Assembly: GCA_003427395.1 (NCBI GenBank)
Contig: BFEA01000039.1
Coordinates: forward strand, 230,895 to 294,894
DNA length: 64,000 nucleotides
Source: Chara braunii
Lineage: Eukaryota > Plantae > Charophyceae
Direction: 5' to 3'
Position 1 is the stretch's first letter. Every line of letters starts with the position of its first letter. The notes below the pieces were generated by a model, which was not told the origin of the DNA, did not search any database, and saw nothing but the letters and a program-made list of their open reading frames with translations. Of the stretch, positions 36,698 through 51,137 are shown in pieces. Position numbers and translations under genes: made by a program.

Positions 36698-38203
36698 TCT
36701 ATGTTTCTTATCCAGAGGAAGGCTCTTGTCTGTCTCAGGAATTTAACAGGGGGAAGGAGGAGTGAAAAGTGAGTGGAGACATGAAGCAGAGGACATGGCA
36801 GTAGGGGACCAGAAACCTCCATGTTTCTTATCCAGAGGAATGCTCTTGTCTGTCTCTGGAATCCGACGGATCCTCTTTACTGCCTGGAAGGGTTAGGAGG
36901 GAGAGGGGGAAGTGAAAAGTGAGGGTTTAACGGAAGGAGATGGCGAGAGGTAGATGTTGAGAGAGGTAGATAGGGGGAGATGGAGGTGGGGAAAGATACA
37001 GGTAGAAGGAAGATGGAGATGGGGTAAAGCGAAATGGGGAGGAAGAAGATTCCAATTGGAGAGGTAACATCTTGATGTGGGGAAGGAAATATGGAGCAGG
37101 ACGCCAACCGGTTGAGGTGGTGGCCATTGGGGGGAGGAGAAGGTAGCCAAGGGAGGAGGTAGATTCCGGCTCTCTCTATCTTGGTAGCAAGACAGCGAAG
37201 AAAAACATAAAATGGAGGACGACGTAACACGAGGAATAAGAGTGAGGAGAACAAGGATGAGGAGGAAGAGATGAAGAAGAAGAACGGCAATCTCCCTTGC
37301 TATTGGTGCAGAAGCGGAGACCACAATAGGCGAGAATGACTGAAGAATAACCATGACCAGGACGTGTCAATGGCGACGACGACAACCATCGCAGGGCAAA
37401 CAGGAACAGACTCGCCACGGGAGTTTTTCTGGGTACCGGGATTCGAATGTCCCAGAAAAACTGCCGAGGCTACTTCCCTGCCTGCTCCACTGACCGCGGA
37501 GATTTGTCAATCGCTGAAACACAAAACAGGGGCCTACCAGCCCCTGAAGAATTTCTCGAACACTGCCTGGCCATGTGCACGACCTCCACAAGGTTGCCAG
37601 GCACCTTTCCTGGTTCAACCCCACCCCCCTCTCCTCCAGAAGCTTGATTGGTGAACCTGCCCAGCCGAGCATCCACGCAGCCTACCAAGCAGTTCTCGAG
37701 CTGTGACCCTCAGCCAAGATCTGTCCGTATTGCAATGTTGCATAATTCCAGACGGCGGACTTTCTTTTTTTGAAACGTTAGCGTCCGAACCCAGGAAACC
37801 ACACCAAGACATCCAAACAGTCTGGATGGAATTCCATAAATCCAGATCATGACTGCGGTTCCAATCAGCGTTCTTAATTCCAGAGGCCGACAGCCAAAAG
37901 ACATTCCCAATGACCGACTTATCGTTTCCAGGCCATGCCAATCATTGTTTCCAGTCGGAACAACAGTTTACTTGTCCACCGTGATGACAACAGAATTGAC
38001 GGGCAATGAGGAGACTCGACAAAGTAAATCGTATATAGGCAAGAAGGTTGGAACAGCTTCAGTGCCAGGCCCACGCTAATGGTTATTTCCCCTCCCATGA
38101 GCAATATGCTCATCCACCATAAATTTATAATAATTCATCTGATGAAATCCAAGCCGATAAAGTGGACCGTCAGTAAAAAAAACTTATTGAACTAGCTACT
38201 TAC

Positions 38204-38278
38204 GTCGTTACTGACAACATCCCAGAGGCCATCGCTTGCAAGGACAAGAAACTCATCGGATGGATACACAATCTCGTC
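38204..38278 (-). CDS. PP2C: PP2C exon: DEIVYPSDEFLVLASDGLWDVVSND
   Basis: CAG acceptor and GTAAGT donor; catalytic ASDGLWD motif. Confidence 0.94.
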
Positions 38279-39009
38279 CTGCAAAATCCACCATAAGCAA
38301 GCACCCCACGGAGTCGTGCAAGTGTCAATGCACATACAGGACAAAAGCAACAAATGGCAACAACCTCAATCTGTAGGCAAGAAATTCACGACACACAACA
38401 TAAGTGACCTCAATCTGTATGGGCAACGTCGCAGCTTGGCTGGGAGCAGCGCCGCACATGCAGCAGCAGCAGTGCATTGCATGCAGCAGAAAAGTGAATG
38501 CCAACAGGACCACACACAAAGGGGAAGGTCGAAGTGAGGTTGAGAGGGGTCGCCAGGCAGCAGGCTACAGAACATTTTCCAACTCCCGCCTAACGCCCTA
38601 AGATACTTCAAAATCCGGCCATTCTTGGCCAGCGAACTCTTAAGATCCCAGAACGGCTGCCTGAGTTTTGTTCATATCGAGGCCCCGGTCCTGTTTTTTC
38701 TCTAAGCGCGGGCGACCTCCGCAAGGCTGCAGGAGGCCGCCCAGCCACTTCCTGACTGGGAGCCCCCACCAGCCAGAATGCTCTGGGGCCGATTAGGATC
38801 CTGCTGGACCGTCCGTCAGCCGAATCGACCGGGAGGGTTCAGCATGGAGGAGGGCTCCCTGGTCGAACAGGGGAGCAGCACTGAAATAAACAACTGTTCC
38901 TTAGAAATGGACAAAAAAGTGGAATAATCCGAATAAACATCTGTGAATTGAAACATGAAAAAAAAAAAATGAAAATAAAGCAAGCATGCATCCAACTCCA
39001 GATACATAC

Positions 39010-39101
39010 CACAATCTCCGGCTCTGCAGACACATACGGCTTAAGCATCTTGTCACCAAAAGCACGGGTTACAGCCAGCACTCCGCCAACTCTCCATGTA
39101 C
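39010..39101 (-). CDS. PP2C: PP2C exon: [31 protein letters not shown]
   Basis: CAG acceptor and GTATGT donor; the [17 protein letters not shown] motif is typical of plant clade F PP2Cs. Confidence 0.94.
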
Positions 39102-41683
39102 CTGCAATAAGCCCACTCAGCACGTTAAAAGTGGTGAAAAATAACAAAATCCCAAAAGTACGGACAACTTCAAACACCGTGTGAAAGCGAACAATCCCAA
39201 AATGCTTAGCCACAGAAAGCTGATTTGATATTCAGAGCAGACCCCACAAGTACAGAAACACAGGACTCTGACAGCATCCACCTGGTTGAAACCAAATTTG
39301 TCCTGCATTTAAGTAGGCATATAATTGAGCGGCTCTTTTCAGCCATATTAAGGCACACAGCGTCGCAACGTAAGGAATCCACAAGCCAATCTCGATACAC
39401 ATATCTTGATGGTCAGCAACCTGCAAAGGTTAGCCACAACAACTAAAGCAAAGGCTTTGCACCAGTTGCAGTGGCTCACCGCGTATTCCGCTTTCAAAGG
39501 GAGAAACAAGGCCATTGAAAGGGAGAAACAAAGTGATTCAGAGGGAGAAACAAGGTGATTGAGCAAGCATTCGCATGAGTGAGAATTGAACAGCACGTTC
39601 AGAGTGACACAGAAGTTCACATACAACACCATGTGCGATTTGAGGCACATCATTGACAACCTGCACCATTCAAAAGGTAACTGGCTGTTGACTTCTTTTC
39701 ATTAGACATTATTCATGCACTTGGCTATGTATATAGAATGCTAACACAGAACTATTATGTTCCCAAGCACTGAACTTTGTCATTAACCGCACACCACAAA
39801 TGGCTAATCAACAGAGCATCCCCGATGTGCTGCTGTCTCACATGACCTTGTACCTTGACGACCGACAGATCTGCACTCGCTACCGTCTTGACCCGAATCG
39901 AATGCCCGGTCATTATCACTCCATCTTGACTGGAAGTTGTCCCTTTCTTCAATAATGACCAGGCATTGTGTTCAAGTGAAGACGGTAGGGTATAGAACTT
40001 GTACCCTCAAATAGACCAAGACTTCCCATTGGGATCGCTCGCTTCCTCAAATACACAAAAGCTCTCCCAAACAACACATACACAGGTCAGCACATATGCA
40101 GTAATAAGGCATGTTTCTATGCCGTGAGGCTCACTGCCTCCACCCTCGTGGAAATGGCAAAGTCACCAAACTAAATGATCCCCTTGGAGACGTCGCAGTG
40201 CCATCCTCCATACCATCTGCTGAAGGATGTGCTTGGCAGTTGCAATGCTGTGTGAGGTTAACACCTCGAACCAATCGAAAGGACTTCAAGCCTTCAGCCA
40301 GGTCCAAGGTCCGGGGTCTCATTCTACCGAAGACCAAACGGAAGGCCCTGAGGCCAAAACACGACCGTAGGGTCCAGTTGGTCGGTAGGAAAGTCCAGTC
40401 ACTCCCAAACAAAAATAGCAGCAATGTCCAAGGACAATCCAGAAACATCCGGATCCGAGAAACAATTGCAGCCAACAGGGGAGGGACCAAAGGAGCTCAA
40501 GACTGTCAACTCGAACACGTACAAAAGCCACTTCAGTGCCAAAAGGGAATACTTGTTTGTTCAAACTGTTGCAACAGTGCCGCTGGTTGCTACAGCCACT
40601 TCGGGTTTGACTTGGTCGGGCACAGTAGGGTAGTCTATGGCGCTGGGCACCATAGATAGGACCTTAGGGTTGAAGGAGAAGAAGGCCGAGGGCTGAATGT
40701 GAGAGGTAGAAAGGTCCACGGCCTCCAGAGAGGGAAGTGATCTCGGGGAGAGAGAGAGAGAGAGGACCGTACCTGATGTGAAGTTCGTAGGCTGCCATAG
40801 CCTTCTGCTGTACAATAATTTTCGAGCTTCTATAATAAACGAGTTCCAAGTTCTCAGGCTGTTTCGATCTCATTGCCTTGTGTACCGAGTTTGGTGTAGG
40901 GACAAATCGTGGCCATGCACGTGTGCTGAACCACCGTTAATTGCGCTTCGACCACTGCAAATAATCCAAGCGCACCCCTTAAAAGCATTGCACGTCCACT
41001 CCCATAGACTACAACACCTGCTGGATGTGTTTGGCCTCCAGCCCATCACATACAAGAGAAGACTTCCCACCACTTTGCCAGAACAAGAAAAAAAACTTAA
41101 TCCAACGGCAACCCTCTTTCGCTGCCTTGGCAGAACTCAAAGGTCCCAGTGGAACGTCCATCCCACACTGATAGTGAACAAGAGCTGAGGAAGCTCAGGA
41201 GACACCTCAAAGAGAAACACATGATAAACACTTTTGATTCTTCGAAACGAACCTTTTGACTCACATCCATAGCAGGAACGCTTTCTCACACATTGTGGCC
41301 TCTTCAAAAATCAAATGGCCGCGAATTGACTGTGCAGTATGTACCGCGCACGGGCCAGGAGCGCAGCCCGTCCGGAGCGAGGACCAGTGCAGGGCAGGGC
41401 AGGCGTCCCGGACTGCAAAGCCATGACGAGCAGGCTTTTCTTTTTTTCCTTGCCTGGAGTTCAGGGGTGTGCCAAGGCCGTTTTTTTCCTCAGCTGGAAT
41501 TTTCGAAGCACCGGTAGAATGTTTTTTTTGTAGGCTAATGCCCACAGTTGAATTCAAACAAAGAACACTCAATACAGGTTTCAGCATCCTTGGATGCAAT
41601 AGGTTCATCTCATCCGATCAACAGCATTCAGAAGACACAGATAGTCTTGGGAGATTTCGTCAGAACCTCTGCCAGAGACTCAC

Positions 41684-41770
41684 CCGCCCACATGATGACA
41701 CCGCCAGCATCCTTAATACGCTTCTGTTCCTCCAGCTTGCTGGGCTTATGGTCCGTCGAGAGGGGATGCG
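41684..41770 (-). CDS. PP2C: PP2C exon: AHPLSTDHKPSKLEEQKRIKDAGGVIMWA-G
   Basis: CAG acceptor and GTGAGT donor; LSxDHKP and ExxRIxxAGG motifs. Confidence 0.93.
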
Positions 41771-42488
41771 CTGCACATTGTCAACCACATCAGTCAGATG
41801 AGTCATTCATCATTGCCGACGCCTACATAGCAGTATGAGGTCCACTCGCAGGGAGCTATGAGTTCGAGAACGTCAAGATCATACGTCTCTTACATTGTGA
41901 AGATGCATTTCAGTGTGTGCACTCACTGACACACTGACAAATAACAGCCAGGCAACAACCTCAAGTTTTGCTCAAGTTAAAGAGCCCTGTTATCAGAAAG
42001 TTGCTTTTTATTATGTCAAAAGCAAACTTAACAACAGAAGAACAAATCAGAAATCCCTACATATATAACTATCACTAATTTTCGGCCTGTGACATTCAGA
42101 CGATCGGGCCCCTGCGATTTTACAGTCCGCGACGGTCCCGATCGTCTGCTGATCGTTTGCTCTTAGAAGTTGAACCATCGCGTGCGGCTCCGCGCCAGGG
42201 CCTGTACTGGGCCCACGCACCAGCGGTGGTACCAAAGCGTGTTACCGGCCCTACTGCACGCGGTACCCCGGTACCGCGCGACGCGCTACCAGTTTAGCGC
42301 CGCTACCGGTCCAGCACCGCAACAACGTATAGAGACTACTTTCTGGGGCACACGCACAGCGGACTTGAGGGCAGGTATACAGGAAGGCGAGTTAGAGTCG
42401 ACGCCTGTTCGACAAAGCTACTCAACTGAGCTACGCTACACCTCTAGAGTCGACGCCTATTTTCGACACACCTGTTTTTCACACTCAA

Positions 42489-42615
42489 GCTACTCGACTG
42501 ACTTCTACGCTGCTATGCACCACTACGACTTCCACACGCGCACCGGCACACAGCTTCTCGACTGACTTCTACTCTGCTCTGCACGACTACGACTTCCACA
42601 CGCGCACCGGCACAC
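42489..42615. repeat. 63-bp tandem duplication just upstream of the hammerhead
   Basis: CTCGACTGACTTCTAC...CACGCGCACCGGCACAC x2. Confidence 0.9.
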
Positions 42616-42665
42616 GCACACGAGAAAGTGGCGAGTCCTTGGCCATCCGTACAGTTCATCTTGGG

Positions 42666-42722
42666 CGGACTGTTGGGGTTCAACCTCCTGATGAGTCGGT
42701 GGAAGTCCGACGAAACAGTCTG
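42666..42722 (+). ncRNA. Type III hammerhead ribozyme
   Basis: Stem III CGGACTGT/ACAGTCTG; GTT triplet at 42672-42674; stem I GGGGT-TCA-ACCTC; CTGATGA at 42688-42694; stem II GTCGG-TGGAAGT-CCGAC; GAAA at 42712-42715. Confidence 0.9.
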
Positions 42723-42990
42723 GCTGAGTCATGATGTGAGTTCTGTATAGCGAACATAACAACACTCACACATACGCATACTCGCACACACACAAACAAA
42801 CACACACACACTCACCCAGGACACACCATCTCTACATTCTGAATGTTGGACGCTGAGGCCTGAGCTGTGCAGCGGCAAGGCTTTCAAACGACCGCACCTT
42901 GATGACTGACGGTGAGTTTGTTATTCGCGTCTGTTGCTTTCATTTTGTGGTCTTGGAACTATGAGAGAGAGAGTGTGTGTACGTGTCCGC

Positions 42991-43047
<57 letters not shown>

Positions 43048-43786
43048 TCGAACTTGGTGCCTCCTCCCCCCCACGATCAAGTGCAGTATCTTCTTCGATC
43101 AGTTTCATATTCGATCCTCCCTCCCCGCACGATCGAGCGTATTATCTGCTCCGTCCGGTTTCGTATCTCATCCGCGGTCCATTGAGACCTTTCTATTGTA
43201 CAAAAGAAAAAAGAAGCACGCGAGGTCGTGCGCATACACGGGAGGGAGAGAGAGGGGGAGAGAGAGAGAGAGAACCCAACTATGCACCCCCTCCCTCTCT
43301 CCTCCCCCCCCACCCACACACACACACANGATCAAGTGCAGTATCTGCTTCCATCAGTTTCATATCCGATCTTCTCCAATGATCAAGCGTAGTAGCTGCT
43401 CCGTTCAGTTTCATATCTTATCCGTGGTTCATCGATATTTTATAAGAGGGAAAAAAAGTAGTAGCTGCTCCGTTCAGTTTCATATCTTATCCGTGGTTCA
43501 TCGATATTTTATAAGAGGGAAAAAAGCACCTGCGTGCTTGAGCGAATGAGAGCGAGCGAGAGAGAGTGAGAGGGTGGGGTGGGGGGTCCATCGAGATGGT
43601 TTAAACGCAATCNNNNNNNNNNNNNNNNNNNNNNNNNNNNNNNNGAGAGAGAGAGAGAGAGAGAGAGGGAAGCATGAGCGATTTCGGAAATAAAAGAAAC
43701 CGGAAACACAAGTGATTTCGGGGGGGGGGGAAAAAAGTAAAGGGAAGTGGGCGCGTGCACGCATGCAGCCGCAAGAGGTAAGACGC

Positions 43787-43818
<32 letters not shown>

Positions 43819-44176
43819 GCCATCAACTTCTTGGCAAACTTTTCATTTTTATTGCGGGGGTAGCCGCAACAGGTCCCCTAGTCTGCATATAAAAAAATTT
43901 AAACTTCGCAGTCGCCTCCTAGCAGATGTTTCGTACACAAACAAAAAAAAAAAAAAACTCAGAAAAAGAGAAGACAAAAATTAAGCTACCAGGGGATCCC
44001 GTGCCTCAGTATCCACTTTTCCAGACATCCAGAGAATTGCCCTCCCAGATGACTTATCAACTGTCCAATACACACCCTGGCTGCACAAGCCCCCCCCACT
44101 CGAAGAAGCCACCAATGGCTCGAATTTGACAACATCAGAAAAGAACACCACCTGCAGCCTCACTGCTGTGGGAGCT

Positions 44177-44226
<50 letters not shown>

Positions 44227-44643
44227 TCTCTTCTCTGGATCCAAAGAAGGGACTAGAGTGGAGGCCTTTGGGACAGGACGGCCTGCCTTGAAAACTGACC
44301 ACTACCAGCGCATCCTATTCCAGAACCTATGCCCATTGACAAGCATCTTACGATTGCCAGCCCCCGTTCCAGGTCCCCATAGGGACATACACTGTAACAT
44401 GCCACATAGGCCCCCAAAACGAGTTTGCAAATACCAACAGACAACAGGTCAACCCAGGAAACATCAGTGCATACAAAGAGCAGGCGACAGTAGGATCGGA
44501 TCCACTCATGCAATGCAATATCAGTACCTTTGTCAGACTGTGAGATGGCCAACAGAAGGAACGCAAACACTATAAAAACAGCCATACAATCATTTACAAT
44601 GTCTTACAATTATCCCGTCCCAGGCTCAGCATGTGCTCCTTAC

Positions 44644-44805
44644 CTTTTCCTTTCCTGCACAAGACCACTCTGGAATCACCAACATTGGCCACAACGAGCC
44701 TTTTCCCCACGAGTACAGCAGTGGATGCTGTTGAACCAGCGTCTCTGCTCTGGCCATTGTCTTCCATATTGATGTATGCTTCATCAGTCTGCAAATACAC
44801 CTCAC
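44644..44805 (-). CDS. PP2C: PP2C exon: [11 protein letters not shown]...[33 protein letters not shown]
   Basis: CAG acceptor and GTAAG donor; GSTA and ANVGDSR motifs; 162 nt, phase 1/1. Confidence 0.94.
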
Positions 44806-45705
44806 CTGAAAAGAAGTCGCGCGATAGTCCACAAAAAATACAAAGGAATCGAGAAACCAGAAGAATGAAAGATTTATGAAAAAAGTTACGAACGCTCCCT
44901 TCTTACCCCAAACATAACGCCCCAATATATTGTCACAACTAACGCCCCAATGTATACAAAAACAATCCCTATTCCGATCCAAATACAGTCCTGACGATGA
45001 GAAATTATGGTGCGGGGAAGAAGGTAGAGCGAACGTCTTCCACAGCATCTGCAACCAGCGAGTACAGCCCGACAGATGCCACACAGCACTTCCAAATCGG
45101 GCATCCCAAGCCAAGACCCAATAGCATCCCCAAAAAGCATCAGGCACTATAGGGGCTTTTAACTTGTACCCAAGGAGCCAGACGAATTTCAGCCTAGTCA
45201 CCTTGTGCGATGTGTCATGCGGGACCACAAAATATGACAGCCATTATAAGAAAGAGCTGACATCAAAAGTATAAACCACACCGAACTCTGACATCTGATC
45301 ACATAGGCTGTCACGCTGCTCAGCTGCAAAAAAGAGAAGAAATGAGAAGCAAGACAAGGGAGTGCAGTGCATAGAGGTGTGCTGCCAGTGCTGGTGTACC
45401 CTGTGCGCCATGCCTCTTTTTCTGTGTGTGTAAGTGTGAGAGAGGAGGAGGGAGGGAGGGAGGGAGGGAGGGAGAGAGATCCATTTGAAATCACACGCGC
45501 TGACGATCGAGGGTTTGCAGGCACATGCTGATGTAGAACGCATGCCAAACGCCCTGTGCTCCATGCCTTGTTTTGTGTGCGTGTGTGTAAACGTGAGAGA
45601 GAGGGAGGGAGGGGGGAGAGAGATGTGAATGCATGCCAAACACTTCATGTTTGGAGGCACATGCTGATGTTGAATGCATGCCAAACACTTCATGTTTGAA
45701 TTCAA

Positions 45706-46166
45706 GGCATACTCATATTTGCCCTTCCGTAAATGCATCTGACTGCAATTACCGCCAGACTTTGACGAATCTGACCGCAATCACGTTCAGGGCTTAGTAA
45801 AAAGAGTCCCGAGTGTGAGTATGCCCTCGCACTAGGGAGTTTTCCTACTAAGCTCCGGAAGCGACTACAGTCAGATTCATCCAGGTCTGGCCGTAATTGC
45901 AGTCAGATATATTTAGGAAAGGGCTAGTGTGACTACGCCCTCAAATAATCCCATAACCAATTCCTCCTTTTGTTTTTTTTTAAAAGAATCTCTGGAATTT
46001 CTCGATTTATGTGAAAGGCTAGCCCAGGTGCCGTGCTCATCTTCTGTGGGTGTACTCACACGAGGACTTCCCTGGATGTATCTGACTACAATTCCAACCC
46101 TTTGTGAATGTTTCTGATCAGAATCGCGTCCACAGAGGAGTCAAGAAAGTCCAAGTGTGAATACGC
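45706..46166. mobile_element. Three copies of the same ~120-bp MITE (45706-45825, 45826-45939 inverted, 46049-46166)
   Basis: GGCATACTCA...GTGTGAGTATGCC ends and shared internal sequence with 19728-19847. Confidence 0.75.
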
Positions 46167-47669
46167 AGTGTATCACTCTACTTTCAACAGATGTCCCAGG
46201 GACCTAAACGCAACATATGAATCCATCTATGAATGCATCTAACGGATCTTGCAGGTCTGATAAATCCATAACGAGGTCGCCAGAGCACAACGAAACCTCA
46301 TCATGGTTGTATCAGATACGAAAGATCCGTTAGATAAACTCAGATGCATTGCGGGATGTGCAAAGACCACAGAGAATTTTTCTTTTTCTGTTTTATTTTC
46401 TTTTCAAACGGCCATTCCACGCCGTGTGTTGCCCGAAACAAGGACTCTGACAGCCTCTCACTTCGCGCGACACAAGGCGTCGTCATAACTACACAGTAGC
46501 GAAAAGGATATGAACACAGAAAATAGTCCTGGGCAGTTGGCCCAGCCGAAAAAAAAAATCCACGGACCGTTCATTATTTTTGACGGCGTGAGCGTTCAGT
46601 TCAGACCCCCCCCAAAAAAAAACTCGTTTTTTTTTTCAGGGACCCCGATTTTTTCCCTTACAGACCAGGTGCGCGTGCCACGTGTGCAATGCGCATTGCG
46701 CCACCCATGCACGATTGACACCACGTGATGCGCCGCAAATACGTATTGGATAATAACCAGCATTTCTTATACAGTCAAACTGAGACATTAACATCGCACA
46801 TAAAAAAGACTACAATTGTTAACCATGCGTTGCACATACCAATCACCTACACCTACCAGCGGAAGGGAGGTCCGGCATAGGTCAGCTGCCACCACATGCT
46901 CACATGGGAATATGAAGCATGAGGCAGGCATTGAGGAGCTGGCCGTGGTTTCACGGCACCTCCACACTCGTACACTCCACATGAAAAAGCTATGTTCCAA
47001 AACTTCAAGGCTTGTTTCTGTCAATCGTCAGAAGATACGTTATGTTACACCACCAGAACCTCACCCACGCAAACTTGAGAATCGAAATTGCATCAATCCA
47101 GGTTCTTTGTAAGAACAGTGCTACAGCACCAAAATGGTTGGTGGCACAAGCCAAAACAGAAAATGAAGTGCACACTGGCACTTCGTTCTTCTTTGGCCCG
47201 CAGTGCAAATCCGTGTTGGGAAAAAGACGTTCAGAGGAACTGGCAGTTTAAGAAGAGAGTCGTGTCCTCCTTGTTGCCGCAATGTGCGCCTATTAACAAG
47301 TTTCACGTGGCAGAATGAGCATGCAGACCCTTCCACACCTAATTACTTAAAAAGGCCTTACACCACTAGTACCTTTGTCAGTTCGAAAAATGGCGGGCCT
47401 CTGACCTTTTAGGAGGCCGAAACGAAACGACAGCCGTCGGTCAGATTGATCAATGTCGGGCTCGGCCTCCTGAAAGTTCGGGAGCTGGCAAGAACGTGGT
47501 TTAATGCATTCCCAAAAACACCACAAAAGAACACAGCAGTTTGGTTAACAATGCATTCCCTGGCCCTAATGCATTCCCGAAAACACCACAAAGAACACAG
47601 CAGTTTGGTTGACAACGCATTCCCATGGCAGAGTGTCTGCCAGCGGCTTTGAGATGAAAATGGACTCAC

Positions 47670-47768
47670 GGATTGCCGACTTGGTGTCGGTCAGCAGCTT
47701 GGGATGGTCCTTCAGATTATTCACGAGGTGTTTCTGCACATAGTCTGCTGCTTTGCGGCCTCCATGCC
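47670..47768 (-). CDS. PP2C: PP2C exon: GHGGRKAADYVQKHLVNNLKDHPKLLTDTKSAI
   Basis: CAG acceptor and GTGAG donor; completes DGHGG across a phase-1 intron. Confidence 0.92.
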
Positions 47769-48011
47769 CTGGTACATTCAAAACCATGCGGACAAAAAGT
47801 AGTCAATAATCTTGCACGAGGTTACGGGCAATCCCAACTCGATTTCCGAGGGATGGAAGAAGTCTAGTTTTTCCTCTTCAGAATGTAACGAAAAAGTAGT
47901 CCATAATATTACAATTGCCATTTTAATCGCAGAGGCAAGAGTTGATTATTTTCTCACCTGATTGCAGAGTTTGCACCAGCAAAACTTGGTCAAGTGCTTA
48001 CAGGACTGCTG

Positions 48012-48055
<44 letters not shown>

Positions 48056-49480
48056 CACTCCTTGCCAAAGATGGTCAGGAGCGGGAGGCCATTCATGGTG
48101 GGCCGTTGCCAACTGAACATTCAACATTCAGGAGGTACTCTTTGTTTTCGGGGGTGGCAAGGACGGTGGGTTGTGCTGTGAAAAACGGGGATGCAAAAAA
48201 CAAAACAACAGAGCTTTGTGAGGCTAAGGCAGTCCACCCACATACTGTTTGGGACACCCACATACTGTTTGGGAAGGTCTGGGGAGACTGCCGGTCTGCG
48301 CCTAAGAGAGTGGCACCACCACAAGGGTGGGACTGATTGTACTATTTTGGAAGGCCAACCCATGTGGTCGAATGGCACACCCATCGACTCTTGATTGCAA
48401 GACCTAAGTCAAATCCTGAAGGTCATATGACTAAAATACAACAGCTCTGATTTACAAGGGCTCTGTCAGTTGGATGATGATGGCATGATACATTCTCGAG
48501 CTTACATATTCTGTTCACCAAATGTGAAAAAGGCAATCTGTGGCCGTCCCAGTGTAGCCGTTATGTTTCATGTACATCGTTTCCTTGTTTTCGGCCGTCC
48601 CGTTCCTCTAGTACACAAGGAGGTGGTCCCATAGCGAGATCTCCTCATATTGGAATACAAGAACACAAAAAGGGGGGGGGGGGGAGCACTCGGGCCTGGA
48701 AAATGCATAAGGTTCAGTCACAGATCACCTCCAGCGAGCCGACACCAGATTTAAAACGGGCTTTCCCAAAACTATTTGTACAGGTATACAGCCAGATTCA
48801 AACTTCCTTTTAAGAGAGTAAAAAAAGGGCGCCTTTTCCACACTCCGTCCGGCACGCAAGTGGCATTCAGGAGGTCTCGGGTGCAATCCCCCATGGGCCT
48901 CGTGTATCCGCCACCTCGAGATAGGCCGTTGGTCCCCCCAAGCAGCATCACACCTGCTGGTGGGTGCAGCTCCCACCTCTTCCCTCGTTGAACACAGATG
49001 TGGCTGCTATGGGGTTCCCCATAATACGATAATGATAGTAAAAAAAGAGGCCTGAAAAGCCATCCTGTCCAGATTTGGCAGGTAATTGAATTGGTTGGGC
49101 TTAAAAAGAATCAGCCTTTTTTCTATTAAAAAAAATAAAAACTCCCAAGCTTCTCACCTCAGCTTCCTAGTTAGCGGCGCTCCATTCAGTCAAGCATTTA
49201 CTATCCATGTAAATTGGCCAGTCTGCAGAAACCCAGACGGCATGTTGCCCTGGGAGATAACTTTTTCTCTAATACATGTTGCCCTGGGAGATAATTTTTT
49301 CTCTAATACAACTGCAACAAAGGTCACTCACAAAATCGCTTGCCTTCAACAACTGGTTTCATCACAATTAGGAAATTTCAAATTAGCAGCACAGCATTCT
49401 CCATTTCCTTATCTATTTCGCTGATTTTTGCAGCATGCGAAAGGGAAAAAATTACCCAGAACAAAACAATTGCCACATAC

Positions 49481-49617
49481 CATCAAAGACACCAAAGAAG
49501 ACCACCCGCTGATTATTCTGCTCAGGTATTACCCATGACTTCGCCTCGTGGCAGTCTTCCATAACTGCCCTCTTGCCTTGAAGCTTCGCATAGCCATAGC
49601 AGATGTTCGACTCCTTT
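49481..49617 (-). CDS. PP2C: PP2C phosphatase exon (first identified): KESNICYGYAKLQGKRAVMEDCHEAKSWVIPEQNNQRVVFFGVFD-G
   Basis: AG acceptor and GTATGT donor; PP2C motifs GKRxxMED and FGVFDG; phase-compatible with the next exon. The upstream N-terminal exon was not identified. Confidence 0.9.
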
Positions 49618-49825
49618 CTGATATCAGACAACGGTACATCGCCAGAATTAGCAAAATCAGCAGATGCATATCGCTAATACAACAACAAGCAACTTGAGTA
49701 ACAGAAAATTAGCAGCTTGTGAATTTATAACACACTAACATGATAACATCCACCTTGGGTAGCAGAAACTCAGCTGTGGACGAATTGATCAAAATGCCAT
49801 AGACATACAACTAGCACTGTAGGTC

Positions 49826-49883
<58 letters not shown>

Positions 49884-51137
49884 CTGTGTGTGTGTGCATA
49901 TGTGTGTGTGTGTGTGTGTACACGCGTGTAGGTCCAGTGGATTGGCTCCCCCGCACGCACCCTCTGCATCCTGCAGCCAAGTTCTTGCCAAAACACAAGT
50001 GGCGGAAAATGTGTTTCCAGTCAGATCCACACCAAAACGGGCATGGGCAAAATGTGCATGTTTCTGGTCAGATTCACGGGCCTCGCTCCACCACTCACCA
50101 AATGTGCATGATGAGAATGAATCTTCCACTAGGACACGGAAGTATACACTGCCAGAAGTTTCCATGTGGGAAAGGTACCCTAAACAAGCCTTTTTTATGT
50201 TGCCCCTTGTCGCACATGGGTAAGGAACGCTCCCATGTATGTGGTTAGGAATCGATGAAACCAAAAGCCACTAACATTGCAGCCAAGACACTGCATGAGA
50301 ACAGGGATTTTTGAAAGAGCACACCATCACTCTCCCGACGGATAGAACTTTCTCTATGGGAATTCAAAATGCCCGTGGCCTTCGGCATCTGATATCGACG
50401 AACTACGCGACTGCGTAAACACACAAACTCTTGAACTTTCAGCACATCCTGACTAAAGTCGTATAAAACAATAGACCTCAGAATGCCACCAGTTGGACCC
50501 TTCCAAATTGATTGGAGTGGGCTCTGAGCACAAAACTTGCGACCGATGTCCAAGGTATTTTGCCCTACACTCTCATTGTTCTACAGTCAGTTTTAGAAGA
50601 GTCCAGAGTCCACAATATGTGATATCTTCATCTTTGCTCTGCTTAGTTCTAGTGTGAGTGAAAAGCCAATCAAACTCGCTTATTCGTAGAGCGAATGCAA
50701 ACTCAAGGGCCACATGGTATGAAACATGAAGCAACCATCCAAATGCAATGTCATACCCAGTCATTTACAACAGACTTCCAGCGTGATCAAAGGAGGAGTT
50801 TACTATGGTCACTGTAGTGAACTTGCCGCTAGATTATTGTACCAATCATGCCCTTATGCCTATCCACAGGGGAACCTGCAGCCAGATCGACTCCTTCCCA
50901 ATTTACGCACCCAGATTTGATTGAATGCCAATCTAATCAGACTAGTCACCAAAGGCGCAAAGCACAAATCCAAGTGTCTGGGTACTATTGTAAGACATGA
51001 AAACACCGGGATCCCATTCTGACCTCAAACACGAGGGCTGAAGGCAAGTCTCGAAGGCCGCTTGCACGACAGCCCTTCCACACCAGGGTCACCGATCATT
51101 ATCCCCAGCTTTCATCTCTGTTCAACTTGTAGGTCCC

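Noticed and set aside
35631-36822. ORFs of 300-370 aa in the ORF track
   Set aside because: They read through the N gap.
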